Positions 10,901 to 25,900 of a stretch of DNA of 64,000 nucleotides are shown here, one piece after another. The stretch comes from Diplonema japonicum. Taxonomy: Eukaryota > Protista > Euglenozoa: Diplonemea. The position numbers were made by a program, and so were the translations under genes. The stretch covers positions 372,001-436,000 of the forward strand of contig OZ025662.1 of NCBI GenBank assembly GCA_964019335.1, written 5' to 3'. Each line of letters starts with the position of its first letter. Position 1 is the stretch's first letter. Below the pieces are notes generated by a model. That model was not told where the DNA came from. It saw only the letters and a program-made list of their open reading frames with translations, and did no database searches.

Positions 10901-13900
10901 TCTCAAAAAGAGAAGGTGCCGATTCCACCCCCAAGAATCGTTGTGTCGGGCAGCTTTGATGACGCAGCTCGATATGCCACAAGTGATATTATGGAAGAGT
11001 TCAAGCACACTGTTGAAACAGAAGGTCTGAGTAGAGCCATCTTAAAGCTGCAGGAAGCGAACACCAGACAGGATCTGATGCTTTCAAGCGGACTAAACGA
11101 GACTTCTCTCCAGCTGTACGACGGGTACCGGAGGCGGAGCGTGGTTCTGGAGGCTGACCTGGAACAGGCGAGAGCAAAGCTTGCTGACGCAGGTGCCATG
11201 GACGAGAAGGTGTCAGCGGTTTTAAAAGAATCTGAACAAGTGATGAATGCCAGACACGCAGAAGAAATCGCTCACGTTAACGCTACAGAAGAGCTCAACA
11301 GGGCTATACTAAGCCTGCAGGAAGCGAACACCAGACAAGATCTGATGCTTTCAAGCGGACTAAATGAGACTTCTCTCCAGCTGTACGACGGGTACCGGAG
11401 GCGGAGCGTGGTTCTGGAGGCTGACTTAATGGAAGCGAAGGCCAAACTCGTGGGTACAGACGTGGCCAACGAGAAGATGTCAGCAGCTCTGAAGGAGTCG
11501 GTGCAATTGGTAAGCACCAAGCATGCAGAGGAGGTGCACCATATAAACGCAACTGAAGAACTCAGTAGGGCAATCCTGGACTTGCAGGAAGCGAACACCA
11601 GACAAGATCTGATGCTTTCAAGCGGAATAAATGAGACTTCTCTCCAGCTGTACGACGGTTACCGGAGGCGGAGCGTGGTTCTGGAGGCTGACCTGGAACA
11701 AGTGAAAGCTAAGCTCGCAAAGGCAGAGCAAGCCGAGGAAGTCAGCGACGTGGTGACTTCGGGTGTCAAATTGCAGCACTTTACATCAGCCATCAGTGTG
11801 AATGAAACTCAGCGCACACTTGACCGCAATGCAGAAGCTGTTAAGAGGTTGGAACATGAGAAGAAAGAGCTGCAACAACAACTTGTTGAGCTCAGACGAC
11901 AATGTGAGTCGCATAGCTCTGCAGAAGCAGAAAAGGCTGCATCAGAAGCCGTGCTGAGCGAAAAATCTGGGGCACTCCGCGGTAACCCCAGGGAAGAGAG
12001 GACGCAGCATGATCTTCCGACGGCACAGCACTCTGAGATTTCTGCCCATGCCAGCACTTTCGTGGTACCTGTGGCCGAACCCTCCATTGAGAAGAGTGAT
12101 ATAAGTATCGAACAAGAGGCATTGGTTGAGCGTTTGCGGTCAGAGAATGCATTGCTTGAGAAAGAGCTCGCTGCTTTGCAGGCAAACACGGAGCAAGTCT
12201 GTCAGTTGGAAACGTGCACACTGCAGCCTGTTGAAGGGAAAGCCATCAGCTATCCTCGAGGCTCCGAGTGGGTGTCCGGTGGTGAAGAGAACCCGCACGA
12301 AGACTCTGCGGAGGTAGCTGAACTGCACTTGTTTATCAAGAAGCTCGAAGCGGAGAAGGCAATCCTCGAAGTGGAGTTGAAGCAGTCGAGGAAGCTCATC
12401 CAGAACAGTCTACCGACAGATGCAGACAGGGGTACCAGGGAGGAGGCGGTGCACAGCGATGCATCGATCTCCACGGTGAAGGCATCAACTGTGGCTGAGT
12501 TGCAGGGAACACACACACATTCTGGTCAGCCGAGCGTGCCACCGGTCACTCTGTTCGGGGGTGGGGAGGCGATGCATCAGAGCACACAGGAACCCTTGGC
12601 AGCCGAAGTTGCTGGACTGCGTTCACTTGTTGAGAAGCTTGAAGCGGAGAACGCAGCACTTGAAGTGGTTTTGGAACGGTCACAGGTTTCTCACGATGAG
12701 CCAAACTCTCTTCTTGTGAACGAGGAGTCCGTCCAAATACTGGAAGACGACGTGCATATCTCCACCATCTCCACCCTTCAAGAGCTTGTGAAGAGGCTTC
12801 AGGATGAGAAGGCGGCACTTGTGAAGGATCTCGAGCAGGCACAAGGTAGCAGTGATGTACATCTTGCGGTTGAAGAAGCTGGTGAGTTACGTTCATTTGT
12901 CGAGAAACCTGAAGTGTTGCAAACACAGAGCACTGTCGTTGATGACCCTGCCCTTCAGGAGCTTGTGAGGAGGCTCCAAGATGAGAAGGCGGCACTTGCT
13001 TCAGAGCTCAATGAGGCTCTAAGTGGCAGTGGTGTTCATCTTGCGGTTCAAACAGAACATCTTGTCAAGAAACCTGAAACGGAAAAGTCCGAAGGTTCCC
13101 ACGATAGTCTGAACAACCTTGTTGCAAAGGAAGAGTTCGTCCACATACAGAACACTGCCGTTAACATCCCCGCCCTTCAAGATCTTGTGAGGAAACTTCA
13201 AGATGAGAAGACGGCACTTGTGAAGGATCTCAAAGAAGCACAAGGTGGCAGTAGTGTATCTCCCGCGGCCGATGAAGTTGTTGAGTTACGTTCACTTGTC
13301 AAGAAGCTTGAAGCAGAGAAGGCTTCAACTGAAGCTAATCTTCTTCAGCAGTCCGAAGGCTCTAACAACGGCTCGAGCGATCTCGTTGCAAAGGAGGAGT
13401 TTGTTCGAACACAGCAAGGCACTGATAACGACGTCCCTGCCCTTCAGGAGCATGTGAAGAGGCTTCAGGATGAAAAGGCATCACTTGTGAAAGACCTTGA
13501 GGAGGCACAAAGTAGCAGTGGTGTACAGCTTGTGATAAAAACAGAACAACTTGTCAAGAAACTTGAAACGGAAAAGTCCGAAGGTTCCCACGATAGTTTG
13601 AGCATCCTTGTTGCAAAGGAGGAATTCATTCAAACACAGCAAAGCACTTTCATTGATGACACCTCCCTTCAAGAGCTTGTGAAGAGGCTTCAAGATGAGA
13701 AGGCAGCACTTGCTTCAGAACTCAAAGCACAAAGTAGCAGTATACATCTAGCGGTCCATACAGAACAGCTCCAAAGACCTGACGCGCCCGAAGGTTCCCA
13801 CGATAGTTTGAACAACCTTGTTGCAAAGGAAGAGTTCGTCCAAGCGCAGCAAAGCACTGTAGTTAATATCCCCGCCCTTCAAGAGCTTGTGAAGAGGCTT

Positions 13901-16900
13901 CAGGATGAGAAGGCGGCACTTGTGAAGGATCTCGAGCAGGCACAAGGTGGCAGTGGTGTACATCTTGCGGTTGAAGAAGCTGGTGAGTTACGTTCATTTG
14001 TCGAGAAACCTGAAGTGGTGCAAATACAGCAGAGCACTGTCGTTGATGACCCCGCCCTTCAAGAGCTTGTGAGGAGGCTTCAGGATGAGAAGGCGGCACT
14101 TGTGAAGGATCTCAAAGAAGCACAAGGTGGCAGTAGTGTATCTCCCGCGGCCGGTGAAGTTGTTGAGTTACGTTCACTTGTCGAGAAGCTTGAAGCAGAG
14201 AAGGCTTCAATCGAAGCTAATCTTCAGCAGTCCGAAGGTTCCAAGACGAACGATCTCGTTGCAAGGGAGGAGTTTGTTCGAACACAGCAAGGCACTGATA
14301 ACGACGTCCCTGCCCTTCAGGAGCTTGTGAAGAGGCTTCAGGACGAGAAGGCATCACTTGTGAAGAACCTTGAGGAGGCCCAAAGTAGCAGTGGTGTAAA
14401 TCTCGCGGTAGAAAGGGAACAGCTTGTCAAGAAACTTGAAACGGAAAAAGGACATCCCCACGATAGTTCGAGCAACCTGGAGGTGTCTCGTTTACGCTCA
14501 CTTGTCGAGAGGCTTAAAGGTGAAAAGACTTCGCTTGAGGCGACTTTAGAGCGGCTCAACGAAACAAACAGTCTTGTTTCGGGTGAAGAATCGATCCAAG
14601 CCCAGCAAGGCACCTCAGATGTCTTTGCCCTACGGGAGCTAGTAAAGAAACTTGCTGCAGAACTCAAAGCACAGGGCGGCGATACTCAGACTCCAACAGT
14701 TGTTGTTTCAGACAGTTCCAGCTGTGAGGACTCTACACCAGCAAAAGAAGAAGCCTTCCTTGAACTGATGCAACTTCGAAGGAAGAGTGCCTTGCTGCAA
14801 GCTGAGCTGGAGGAGGCATTGGAGGAGCGAGAGACTGTCTCGGCCTCACTTGTCGAAGCAGAGGGACAGATTACCAAACTTCGTCGAGATGCTGAAGAGG
14901 CGGCAGCACAAGCTGTGGAAAGGCAACATGTGACTGCCCTACTGGGGTCAGCGGAAGAAGAATCTCTCCGAAGGGAGGTGCTGGTGTTGACTGAAGAAAA
15001 TGAAGTGATCAGCTTCAAGCGTGTGTTTGCTGCACAGCAGAAGTCACTGGAGCAGTCAGAAGAGGCACACAAGATGAGTGCATCACTCGTCTCGAATCTT
15101 GAGGCAACTTGGAGATCAAGGAGTGATTCCGAAAGGGCTGCCTTTGAATCCAGAAAGCAAGATTTCCTTGAAACCGAGGAGCAGCTTCGTCAAGGCATGG
15201 CTACGACACAGGAGAAGTGTTGTGCGGCATTTGAACACGTGCTAAGCGCCGTTGAAGTTGAAGAAAAACTGCAGAGGAGCGTCTTGACAGCGGAAGAAGA
15301 CACACTAAAGCAGGACTTGCTGGTGCAAAGTGAAGTGGGCAGCATGGTACCGGGGATGACGTACTTGCAGTTAACCGGCGAGCAGACAATTAGGTCGCCT
15401 GTGACGGGCCCGGTGATTGAGCACAATGGTGGGAGGATACCAGTCACACCTCTGCTCAAACAGTTAAAAGAGCATTGCAAGCAGTACGAAGATGGTATCA
15501 GTGATGTGATTCTTAAGCTGCAACTGTCGGAGGCTGAGCGAGAAGAGGCTCTTGCAGCACTCGCAAGAGCCGAAAGCTTGATCGATGAGCAAGACGAGCG
15601 ACGCAAAGTGCAAGACATTTGCGAAACAGCTGTGTCAAAGGCCATCGAGAAAGTGATTGTCACGCCTAAAGACAAGAAGCTAGCACCCACATCGTCGTCG
15701 GCGCCGCCCAGCATCAGCAGAAGAATTAACTTCGACGGCAGCGATGTATCTGATGACACTGCACTGGAGCTTCTGATCATGTGTGAGAGCCTTTCCAGGG
15801 AGCTCACCGTCAGATCAGCGACAGCAACCATCGATACTGTTCAGATGATGTTGAACTTGTCCGAGCACGAGGCTGTCTGCAGGCATGTCATTGCGATGGA
15901 GAGCAGGGTGCGCATGGAGGGCTTACTTGACTTTGAATCGCAGGTTGAGAGCCCTTGGAGGTCGACAATTACGGCAGGCTTCGAGAGCCATGTATCGGAG
16001 GAGGTAGAAGAGTTGCAAACAGAGCTTAGCATTTCGAGGCATAAGATCGATGAACTTTCGGCTGAGCTTTTGGCACTGAAAGCTAATGCTGTGACATCTA
16101 GTTTCACTTTCTCTGACGGAGATCTCAACCTGCGCAGCGCCAGGAAGAACACCTTGAACGTCAACGTCTCTACGACGGACATGGAGCTCATGAGGGACGT
16201 CTCCCTGCGCAGCGTGGTAACGGACGGCATGGCGTCGAGCTGCTCGTCTACGCAGTGGGAAAAACGAGCTCAGCGGTTGGAGGCGGACCTTGCTGCTGCT
16301 GAGATAAAGATTGAGCATCTTGAGGAACAGTTGGTCTGCACACACATGAGCACACCGCCAAGCACTTCTAGCCACCTTCAGTCCCCTGAAAGCGTCCAGC
16401 TGCAGTCGCTGAAAGGTGAATACAGCGCACTTAAGTACCGCATGGAGCTGGACCAGTCCGAGCTGCAGGACGAACTGCTCGTCCTTAACGACGAGTCTAG
16501 GTACGCACGAGATCTCATCCTGCTGAATCTGGGTGAAATGGAGCACAGACAGTCCCTGCAAGACGAGTCAATCGACGAGTTGTACGACTGTTTCCGTTAC
16601 TTTTCCGCGTCGATCCCCATGCTGACGCAGTTCCTGCAACGCCAGTTGCGTATGACAGAGAGACAGCTTGCTATGGTGCGGAACAGCACCGAAGAGGAAG
16701 TGACCCAGTTACAGAATACATTGGTAACTGTGGAAACACAGCATGCAAAGCTGCTTGCCGCCGTCTCGCAGCACGAGCACCTGACGCCTATGCTAGAAGA
16801 GGTTCTCGTTGACGACAGCCCTGTCCAGAGTATGAGTCTTGAGGAGGTTACGCTGTTATTGCAACAATCGCAGAGGAAAGTAGCAAAACTTGAGGAAGAA

Positions 16901-19900
16901 CTGGAAGCCCTGCATGGTGAACTGGAGCTGAGGACAGAGGAACAGGAAGAGGCTTCTGAATTGGTTGAGTTCCAAGGCACCTTCCTCACCAGTACGTCTT
17001 TGGATGTGAATGTCCGGCATATCAACGAGGCTCTTAGCGTAGTGCAAAAAGACACACTCACTCTGTTAGAGCACCTCTCGTCTGACTCTCCATTGCGTGG
17101 GAGCGTTGCTACAACCGAGCAGCTTGCGATATTGTTAGCTTCAGAGTCCAACGCTTTCAAGCGGAGACGGGAGCTGTGGGAACACACCGAAGCAATCGCA
17201 AGGCACAGGGAACAGGAAGAAGAAGAACTCACAAGAAACAACATCACTGCGCAATGCAAGTCCGCGGAGGGAGTGCAGAATGAAGGGACGTCACTCGGGT
17301 TCGGGTCTTATCCGTCAGTGAGTACCCTAGACAATACAGTACGTGAAACACAAAGCTCCCCTGCGAACGCCAGCAACACTGTGCTCTCTGAACTGCAAAA
17401 AGCAAGCGCTGCCATCAAGCAAGACTTGGAAGAGGCACTTTCTTCGGGTGCAGACCTCGTTCCGGTCATGCAGAAGGCGTGTGCGTTGGCCGATCTCCTC
17501 AGGAACTTGTCTGAAGCATCTCTTCTGGAAGCGCTAGGAGGCACCAGCGGGAAACAACAGCAGGCTCGTGTAGTTAAGCTGGAGGAGGAGAACGCCACGC
17601 TGCAAGTGAAATTGCAGGCAACACAGCTGAGCAGCCCCACGACAGACAACTCTTCTTGGCAGGTCATGCCCGTTTTGCAAAAGGTCGGGAACCAAGATGA
17701 TAGCGCAACGCTGAAGGAATCGAGCAGCACTCTTAACACGTCTAGACAGTTGGAGCCGAACCCCAAGCCAGAGGATGTGGTGATGCTGCGGGAGTTACAG
17801 ACGATGACGCAGAGCGCGGGGACCGAAAGCTCCGAAGTGAAGGCATTGGTGAGGAAACTTGAAGCTGAGAAGGCTGCATTGGAGGCCATGCTGAGCGAGC
17901 AGTCTGGGGCAGTCCGCAGCGCACAGGACTCTGAAGAAGTGATCGAGCTCAAAGCACTTGTTAAGACGCTTCAGGCGGTAGGCCCTACGACAGCACAGCA
18001 CTCCGAGATTTCTGCACATGCTAGCAGCGCCTTCGTGGCACTTAAACCTGGGAGTTCTGCTGAGGAAGAGGTTGACAGTGCACAGCTCAGAGTGTTCGTT
18101 GAGCGTTTGCAGTCAGAGAATGCATTGCTTGAGACAGAGCTCGCTGCTTTGAAGGCAAACACGGAGCAAGTCTGTCAGTTGGAAACCGAAGGGAAGGTCA
18201 TCAGTCGAGGCTCCGAGTGGGTGTCCGGTGGTGAAGAGAACCCGCACGAAGACTCTGCGGAGGTAGCTGAACTGCACTTGTTTATCAAGAAGCTCGAAGC
18301 GGAGAAGGCAATCCTCGAAGTGGAGTTGAAGCAGTCGAGGAAGCTCATCCAGAACAGTCTACCGACAGATGCAGACAGGGGTACCAGGGAGGAGGCGGTG
18401 CACAGCGATGCATCGATCTCCACGGTGAAGGCATCAACTGTGGCTGAGTTGCAGGGAACACACACACATTCTGGTCAGCCGAGCGTGCCACCGGTCACTC
18501 TGTTCGGGGGTGGGGAGGCGATGCATCAGAGCACACAGGAACCCTTGGCAGCCGAAGTTGCTGGACTGCGTTCACTTGTTGAGAAGCTTGAAGCGGAGAA
18601 CGCAGCACTTGAAGTGGTTTTGGAACGGTCACAGGTTTCTCACGATGAGCCAAACTCTCTTCTTGTGAACGAGGAGTCCGTCCAAATACTGGAAGACGAC
18701 GTGCATATCTCCACCATCTCCACCCTTCAAGAGCTTGTGAAGAGGCTTCAGGATGAGAAGGCGGCACTTGTGAAGGATCTCGAGCAGGCACAAGGTAGCA
18801 GTGATGTACATCTTGCGGTTGAAGAAGCTGGTGAGTTACGTTCATTTGTCGAGAAACCTGAAGTGTTGCAAACACAGAGCACTGTCGTTGATGACCCTGC
18901 CCTTCAGGAGCTTGTGAGGAGGCTCCAAGATGAGAAGGCGGCACTTGCTTCAGAGCTCAATGAGGCTCTAAGTGGCAGTGGTGTTCATCTTGCGGTTCAA
19001 ACAGAACATCTTGTCAAGAAACCTGAAACGGAAAAGTCCGAAGGTTCCCACGATAGTCTGAACAACCTTGTTGCAAAGGAAGAGTTCGTCCACATACAGA
19101 ACACTGCCGTTAACATCCCCGCCCTTCAAGATCTTGTGAGGAAACTTCAAGATGAGAAGACGGCACTTGTGAAGGATCTCAAAGAAGCACAAGGTGGCAG
19201 TAGTGTATCTCCCGCGGCCGATGAAGTTGTTGAGTTACGTTCACTTGTCAAGAAGCTTGAAGCAGAGAAGGCTTCAACTGAAGCTAATCTTCTTCAGCAG
19301 TCCGAAGGCTCTAACAACGGCTCGAGCGATCTCGTTGCAAAGGAGGCGTTTGTTCAAGGTACTGTTATCGACGTCCCTCCTGAAGGGCAGCTTCAGGATG
19401 AAAAGGCACTTGCTTCAGAGCTCAATGAGGCTCTAAGTGGAAGTGGTGTACATCTTGCAGTCCAAACGGAACAGCTTGTCAAGAAACTTGAAACGGAAAA
19501 GTCCGAAGGTTCCCACGATAGTTTGAGCATCCTTGTTGCAAAGGAAGAGTTTGTCCAAACACAGCAGAGCACTGTCGTTAACATCCCCGCCCTTCAGGAG
19601 CTTGTGAGGAGGCTTCAAGATGAGAAGGCAGCACTTGTGAAGGATCTCAAAGAAGCACAAGGTGGCAGTAGTGTATCCCCCGCGGCCGATGAAGTTGTTG
19701 AGTTACGTTCACTTGTCGAGAAGCTTGAAGCAGAGAAGGCTTCAACTGAAGCTAATCTTCTTCAGCAGTCCGAAGGCTCTAACAACGGCTCGAGCGATCT
19801 AGTTGCAAGGGAGGAGTTTGTTCGAACACAGCAAGGGACTGATAACTCAGATGTCTTTGCCCTCCGTCAGCTTGTGAAGAAGCTTCAAAACGAGAAGTCT

Positions 19901-22900
19901 GCGCTTGCTGCAGAACTCAAAGAGGCACGGGGTGGTGATGCTCAACCACCAGCAATCGTTGTCTCGGACAGCTCCAGTTGTGAGGACTCGACTACACCAG
20001 CAAAAGAAGAAGCCTTCCTTGAATTGGTGAAACTTCGAAGGAAGAGTATTTCTCTGCAAGCTGAGCTGGAGGAGGCATTGGAGGAGCGAGAGACTGTCTC
20101 GGCCTCACTTGTCGAAGCCGAGGGACAGATCAACACACTCCGTCGAGATGCTGAAGAGGCGGCAGCACAAGCTGTGGAAAGGCAACATGTGGCTGCCCTT
20201 GTGAGGATGGAAGAAGAAGAATCCCTCCGGAGGGAGGTGCTGGTGTTGACTGAAGAAAATGAAGTGATCAGCTTCAAGCGTGTGTTTGCTGCACAGCAGA
20301 AGGCATTAAAACAGACAGTGGAGGCACGCAAGATGAGTAATTCGCTCGTCTCGAATCTTGAAGCCACTTGGAAGGCAAGAGCAGATAATAATAAGCCGAA
20401 GTCCGAGAAGCCTCGGAGCGCAAAGGAGGCCTGCTCTAACCAGCTTGCTGAATTGCGAACAGTTGCGGCGAAGCTGGAACAAAAGAACAACGCCTTGCTT
20501 GCACAGCCGTCAGGGATACCTGTTAGTATCTCTGACTCGGTTGGAGCTCTCATCAAGGAACTGCGCGAGGCAGGTGACGACATCGAACAGAGCCTGCTCA
20601 CCACGTCTGACGACACCGTGATACCCGCCTTGCAAAAGGCACACATGCTTGTGGACCTTCTGAAGGCCTTGCCTGGCAGTGGCGAGAGAGATGAAGAAGA
20701 CATCGACACTGACGCTGACGATTCAACTGCGAAGCCTGAACGAACATCCCTACAAACTGCTCTAAGTCATCACTCGCAAAGCCTACTAGGTACCACGGGA
20801 CACGATGACTCGAGCGGTCTTGTTGGTGAAGAGTCGATCCAAACACAGCAAGGCACCTCAGATGTTTTTGCCCTCCGTCAGCTTGTGAAGAAGCTTCAAA
20901 ACGAGAAGTCTGCGCTTACTTCAGAACTCAAAGAGGCACGGGGTGGTGGTGCTCAACCACCAGCAATCGTTGTCTCGGACAGCTCCAGTTGTGACTCGAC
21001 TACATCTGCAAAAGAAGAAGCCTTCCTTGAATTGGTGAAACTTCGAAGGAAGAGTATTTCTCTGCAAGCTGAGCTGGAGGAGGCATTGGAGGAGCGAGAG
21101 ACTGTCTCGGCCTCACTTGTCGAAGCCGAGGGACAGATCAACACACTCCGTCGAGATGCTGAAGAGGCGGCAGCACAAGCTGTGGAAAGGCAACATGTGG
21201 CTGCCCTTGTGAGGATGGAAGAAGAAGAATCCCTCCGGAGGGAGGTGCTGGTGTTGACTGAAGAAAATGAAGTGATCAGCTTCAAGCGTGTGTTTGCTGC
21301 ACAGCAGAAGGCATTAAAACAGACAGTGGAGGCACGCAGGTTGAGCGCATATTGGATCAACAAAAATGAAGGTAAACCGAGCCAACGACCCGGATCTGAG
21401 AAGGCGAAGGAGAAACCGCTGGATGCCAAAGAGGCCTGCTCAAAGCAGCTTGCTTCGATACGCGCTGCTGCGGCGAAGCTCGAGCAGAAAAACAAGACCT
21501 TGTTACCAGAGGTGTCTGGCAGTATTTCTGACTCGGTGGGGTCGCTTATCAAAGAGCTGCGCGAGGCAGGTGACGACATCGAGCAAAGCCTGCTCACCAC
21601 GTCGGATAATTCGGTGATACCCGCCTTGCAAAAGGCACACATGCTTGTGGACCTTCTGAAGGCCTTACCCGGCAGTGGCGAGAGAGATGAAGAAGAGACC
21701 GCCACCGAGGACACTGAAAACGCGTTTGAAGCGGCAGGCAAAGAGACAAGACAACAAAGCGCTATCAGTGTCCCTGCGCTTCAAGCACTTGTTGAGACAC
21801 TCCAGAATGAGAAGGCAACGCTTGCTGCAGAACTCAAGGAAGCACGCCAACCACAAATGAGAGATGATCACGATGAGGATTCACCTGCGAAAGAACAAGA
21901 ACCCTTTGAAGTAGTGCAGCTTCGGAGGAAGAGCGCATTGCTGCAAGTTGAACTGGAGGAAGCAGAGGGACAGATCGACACACTCCGTCGAGATGCTGAA
22001 GAGGCGGCAGCACAAGCTGTGGAAATGCAACATGTGGCTGCCCTTAAACGAGTCGGGGAAGAAGAGTCCCTCCGGAGGGAGGTGCTTATATTATTGCAAG
22101 AGAACGAGGTGATCGGCTTCAAGCGCGTGTTTGCTGCACAGCAGAAGTCACTGGAGCAGTCAGAAGAAGCACACAAGATGAGTGCATCACTCGTCTCGAA
22201 CCTCGAAGCTACTTGGAAGGCAAGGAAGGATAACGAAGAAGCAGAAAAAAGTAAAGTGTCGTTGGAACGCCGTATCGACGGAATGATGAAGCAGATGAGC
22301 TCGAAAGAAAAAGGCTATGACACCATACTTGGCAAAGCAGAAGAGCTTCTTGATTTAATGAAGAGCGAAGAGCAGACGAACACGATCCGAGAAGAGCTGA
22401 AGAAAGATTCGCATGAGACAGCAATGTCACGAGTTGTAGGAGAAGAGGACTTGAGGAGGCACATACTGGTACTGTCGGCAGAAGGAGAGTTTGAGATGAT
22501 GATCCAGAACTGGGAGATCAAGCTGTCGGTAGTGCGACATGCTGATGAACCGCAGTCGCCTGAGAGAACAAGCGTGGAGAACCTGCTTGTGAAACTGCAG
22601 AGGTTAGAGGAGGAAAGCGTGTTTAACGGGGAGGATGTCGGGAGAGCCGCTTCAATAGACATGGAAGAAGCTGAGAGGGCTGGCGTTGTGAAGCTGTTTT
22701 TCAACGGCATTAGATCGATAGAAGTGATAGCGGAAGCAAGGAGGATGGGTGCCAGCATTGTGTCGACGCTGGATGCCGACTGGAAGTCACGCACTGACAG
22801 CGAACGGGACGTCACAGCATCAAGACTCCATGCAAACACTGCGCAAAACACAAGATTACAGTCTGCTCTCACTACGCTCACTACAAACAACCTTTTCCAA

Positions 22901-25900
22901 GCAAACGAACAAGAGGCTGACTCTCGCGCTTACATCCTCTCGCATGAAGCAGTTGCGTGGAAAGTACTCACCAACACTCTACACCATGGCACGCTCGAAC
23001 AGGCACTGAAACGCAACTTCGCGCTTCTCGAAACAGAATCAAGTGAAACAGCTGACCGTCTTGCTCTTCAGCACGACTTTTCCTCCCAATACGAAGATGC
23101 TGCTCTGTCCTTCTTGGGTATCTCGAACGTGCCCACCGCTGTCCTTACCTGCATCTCTGCTAACAATGGTCGTGACACTGCTGTGTTGAATGCCGTGCGG
23201 CAGAAAGAGAAGCACCTTCGCTCGGTGCTCGCTGTCACAGAAGAAAAGGAATGGCTGGAGTGCCTGTTGTATGGGTTCTTTCCTATGCACGGCGCCGGAC
23301 CTTCTGAACACTTGTTGGCAGCACTCGGCCACGAATCTGCACATAATTCGTTCCAAAAACAGCTGAGCTCTCTTGAGGCATGCGAGGCTAGTTCGCGTCG
23401 TCTGGTTTATCAGAATCACGAAGCTGCTTTGGTAGAGGCGGTTCTCGAGATGATGTCTGGTTGCAAGGACCCCTTGCAATCGGTGCAAGCCTTCCTAAGG
23501 GACGAGGCTGCGAGGCACCATACCGTTGAAGACCTCACCACAGCACGCGGCCAGATCTGTAGTGGCATGGTGGTTCAGGAGGCTGCAGCACGTCATTTCA
23601 TTACTACGGAAGAACGCGTTGCATGGCTGGAAAGTGCCGTTGCGCATCTTGATGACGGGAAACACTGCACTGGACGCAGCGAACAAGTTGATGCAGTGCA
23701 CAGCGTTCTGCAGCATCTTGCCCATTGTGAAAAGCAAACTGTGGAACGGGTTGCGGAAGAAGAGGAAGCAGCAAGAAAGCTCGTGGAGCAGTGCGAAGAG
23801 TGTGATTGGCTGAGGCAGCTTGTGAGCACTGTGTGCCCATCGGCATCGGAGACTGCGACACAACAAGCACTTGACAAGTTGCAGCAGGAAGGGAGGATAT
23901 CTAACGCAATGCAAGACCAGTCCACCACCTCTGTCATGCAACAAGAAGATCTCATGCGCGAAGCTCTCGTGCTCAGTGAAGAGTTGGACTGGCATAGGAA
24001 TATGTGCGAGTACCTTTGCACTCTTGGTAGCGGCCCTACTATTTCTGCTCTCAAAACACTAGAATTGCGAGCGGCATATGACCACCAAGCTCGTGTCTCA
24101 ACAGTAAGGGCGGAGCAAGAAGCACGCGACCTGCTTGCAATGGAAGAACGCAACATGTGGCTTTCAAGCGTAGTGGGCTTGCTCAACGGCAGGGAACAAG
24201 GCAGGGGCGACATGTTCGAGATCACAGTGACGGCGGCTGACGATGTGATGCAGCAGCTCACAGAGAGTGTCGAGGGCAAGCATGCCATGAACCTCCTGGC
24301 TGTCGAGCAGCTCATGCAAGAAGAAGAAGCTGCAAGGGAGCTCCTGATGCAGTGCGAAGAGACGGCTTGGGTGATGGGGGCCGTTGCCCAGATGACCCGG
24401 GACTTATCATTGGCGGAAGACAAGGACTCCCTGCTGGCTATTGTGGCCACCCTGCAGTGTGTTGATGACGATAAACAGGCCATTTCCTTGCTTCAAGATC
24501 AGCTTCATGAAGCGAATGCCAACACTGTGCTTCAGTCCGAGGCCGCAGCAAGGGATCTTCTGGTGTCTGAGGAACACAATGTGTGGCTTGATGGTGTTGT
24601 TGGCATGCTTCAGGGTTCTGGTACCACAAATGAAGAGATCTTGCCTGGACTTTCTGCGGTCGACAAGGTTTTCAACAAACTTGCAGAAGGCGTGGAAAAC
24701 AAGTGTGCCAGTGAAAAGCAAGCTGTAGAACGACTCGAGAAAGAAGAGGAAACAATGAGAAATCTCCTGGAGCAGTGTGAGGAGACAGCCTGGGTGATGG
24801 GGGCTGTGGAACAATTGCAGCAGGACACGTCACTTCCTGCAGCATTGCATGCTGTTGTTGCCACCTTGCAATGTGTTGATGACGACAAGCAGGCCATTGC
24901 CTTGTTGCAAACAGAGCTTGATGAAATGAAAATTGACACTGTTCTTCAGAGCGAAGCAACAGCAAGCCGCCAAGCCGTGGAACGACTCGAGGAAGAAGAG
25001 AAAACAACGAGAAATCTCCTGGAGCAGTGTGAGGAGACAGCCTGGGTGATGGGAGCAGTTGCACAACTGACTCAGGACACTTTAGCATCGACCCCAGGCC
25101 CCTTGGGTGCTGTTGTTGCCACCTTGCAATGTGCTGATGACGACAAGCAGGCCATTGCCTTGTTGCAAACAGAACTTGATGAAGCAAATGCTGATGTTGT
25201 GCTTCAGAGCGAGGCTGTGGCAAGGGAACTCCTTATGTCCGAGGAACACATTGCTTGGCTTGATGGTATTGTCGGCATGCTTCAGGGCTCCCGTAACGCA
25301 GATGAGGAACTTGTAGCAGGACACTCCGCAACCAGTATGATGTTCAGCAAGCTCGCGGAAGGTGTGAACAGCAGGCATGCCAGTGAAAAGCAAGCTGTGG
25401 AACGAGTTATAGAAGAAGAGGAAGCAGCAAGAAAGCTCGTGGAGCAGTGCGAAGAGTGTGATTGGCTGAGGCAGCTTGTGAGCACTGTGTGCCCATCGGC
25501 ATCGGAGACTGCGACACAACAAGCACTTGACAAGTTGCAAGAGGAGGAAACCGCAACTGGTGCCATGCAAGACCAATCGATTGCTTTGATCATGCAGCAA
25601 GAGAGGTACTCGAGAGATGGCATCATGCAAGGCGAGATGCTAGCATTGAACGAGACAATGTGTAGCTATCTTGCTGGAGACGCGTGCGCCCATGATGGCG
25701 ATCCCGTTCACTTCAATCCCGTTCGTGTGACGCTCAATACACTAGAACATACCATAGCCATGCAAACCTCGTATAACAATGCAATGCTTGCCAATGTTGT
25801 GAAAGAGGAGGAAGCAGCACGAAAGTTCCTAGTCACAGAGGAGCAGGGCGTGTGGTATGCTCAGTTGACTGTTCCTGAGACCGATGACATGGGGGCCGAC

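Noticed and set aside
12700-14500. Regularly recurring DNA repeats that could suggest a CRISPR-like array
   Set aside because: In-frame protein repeats (LQELVKRLQDEKAAL) inside a eukaryotic CDS; no constant repeat with unique spacers, and no cas genes.
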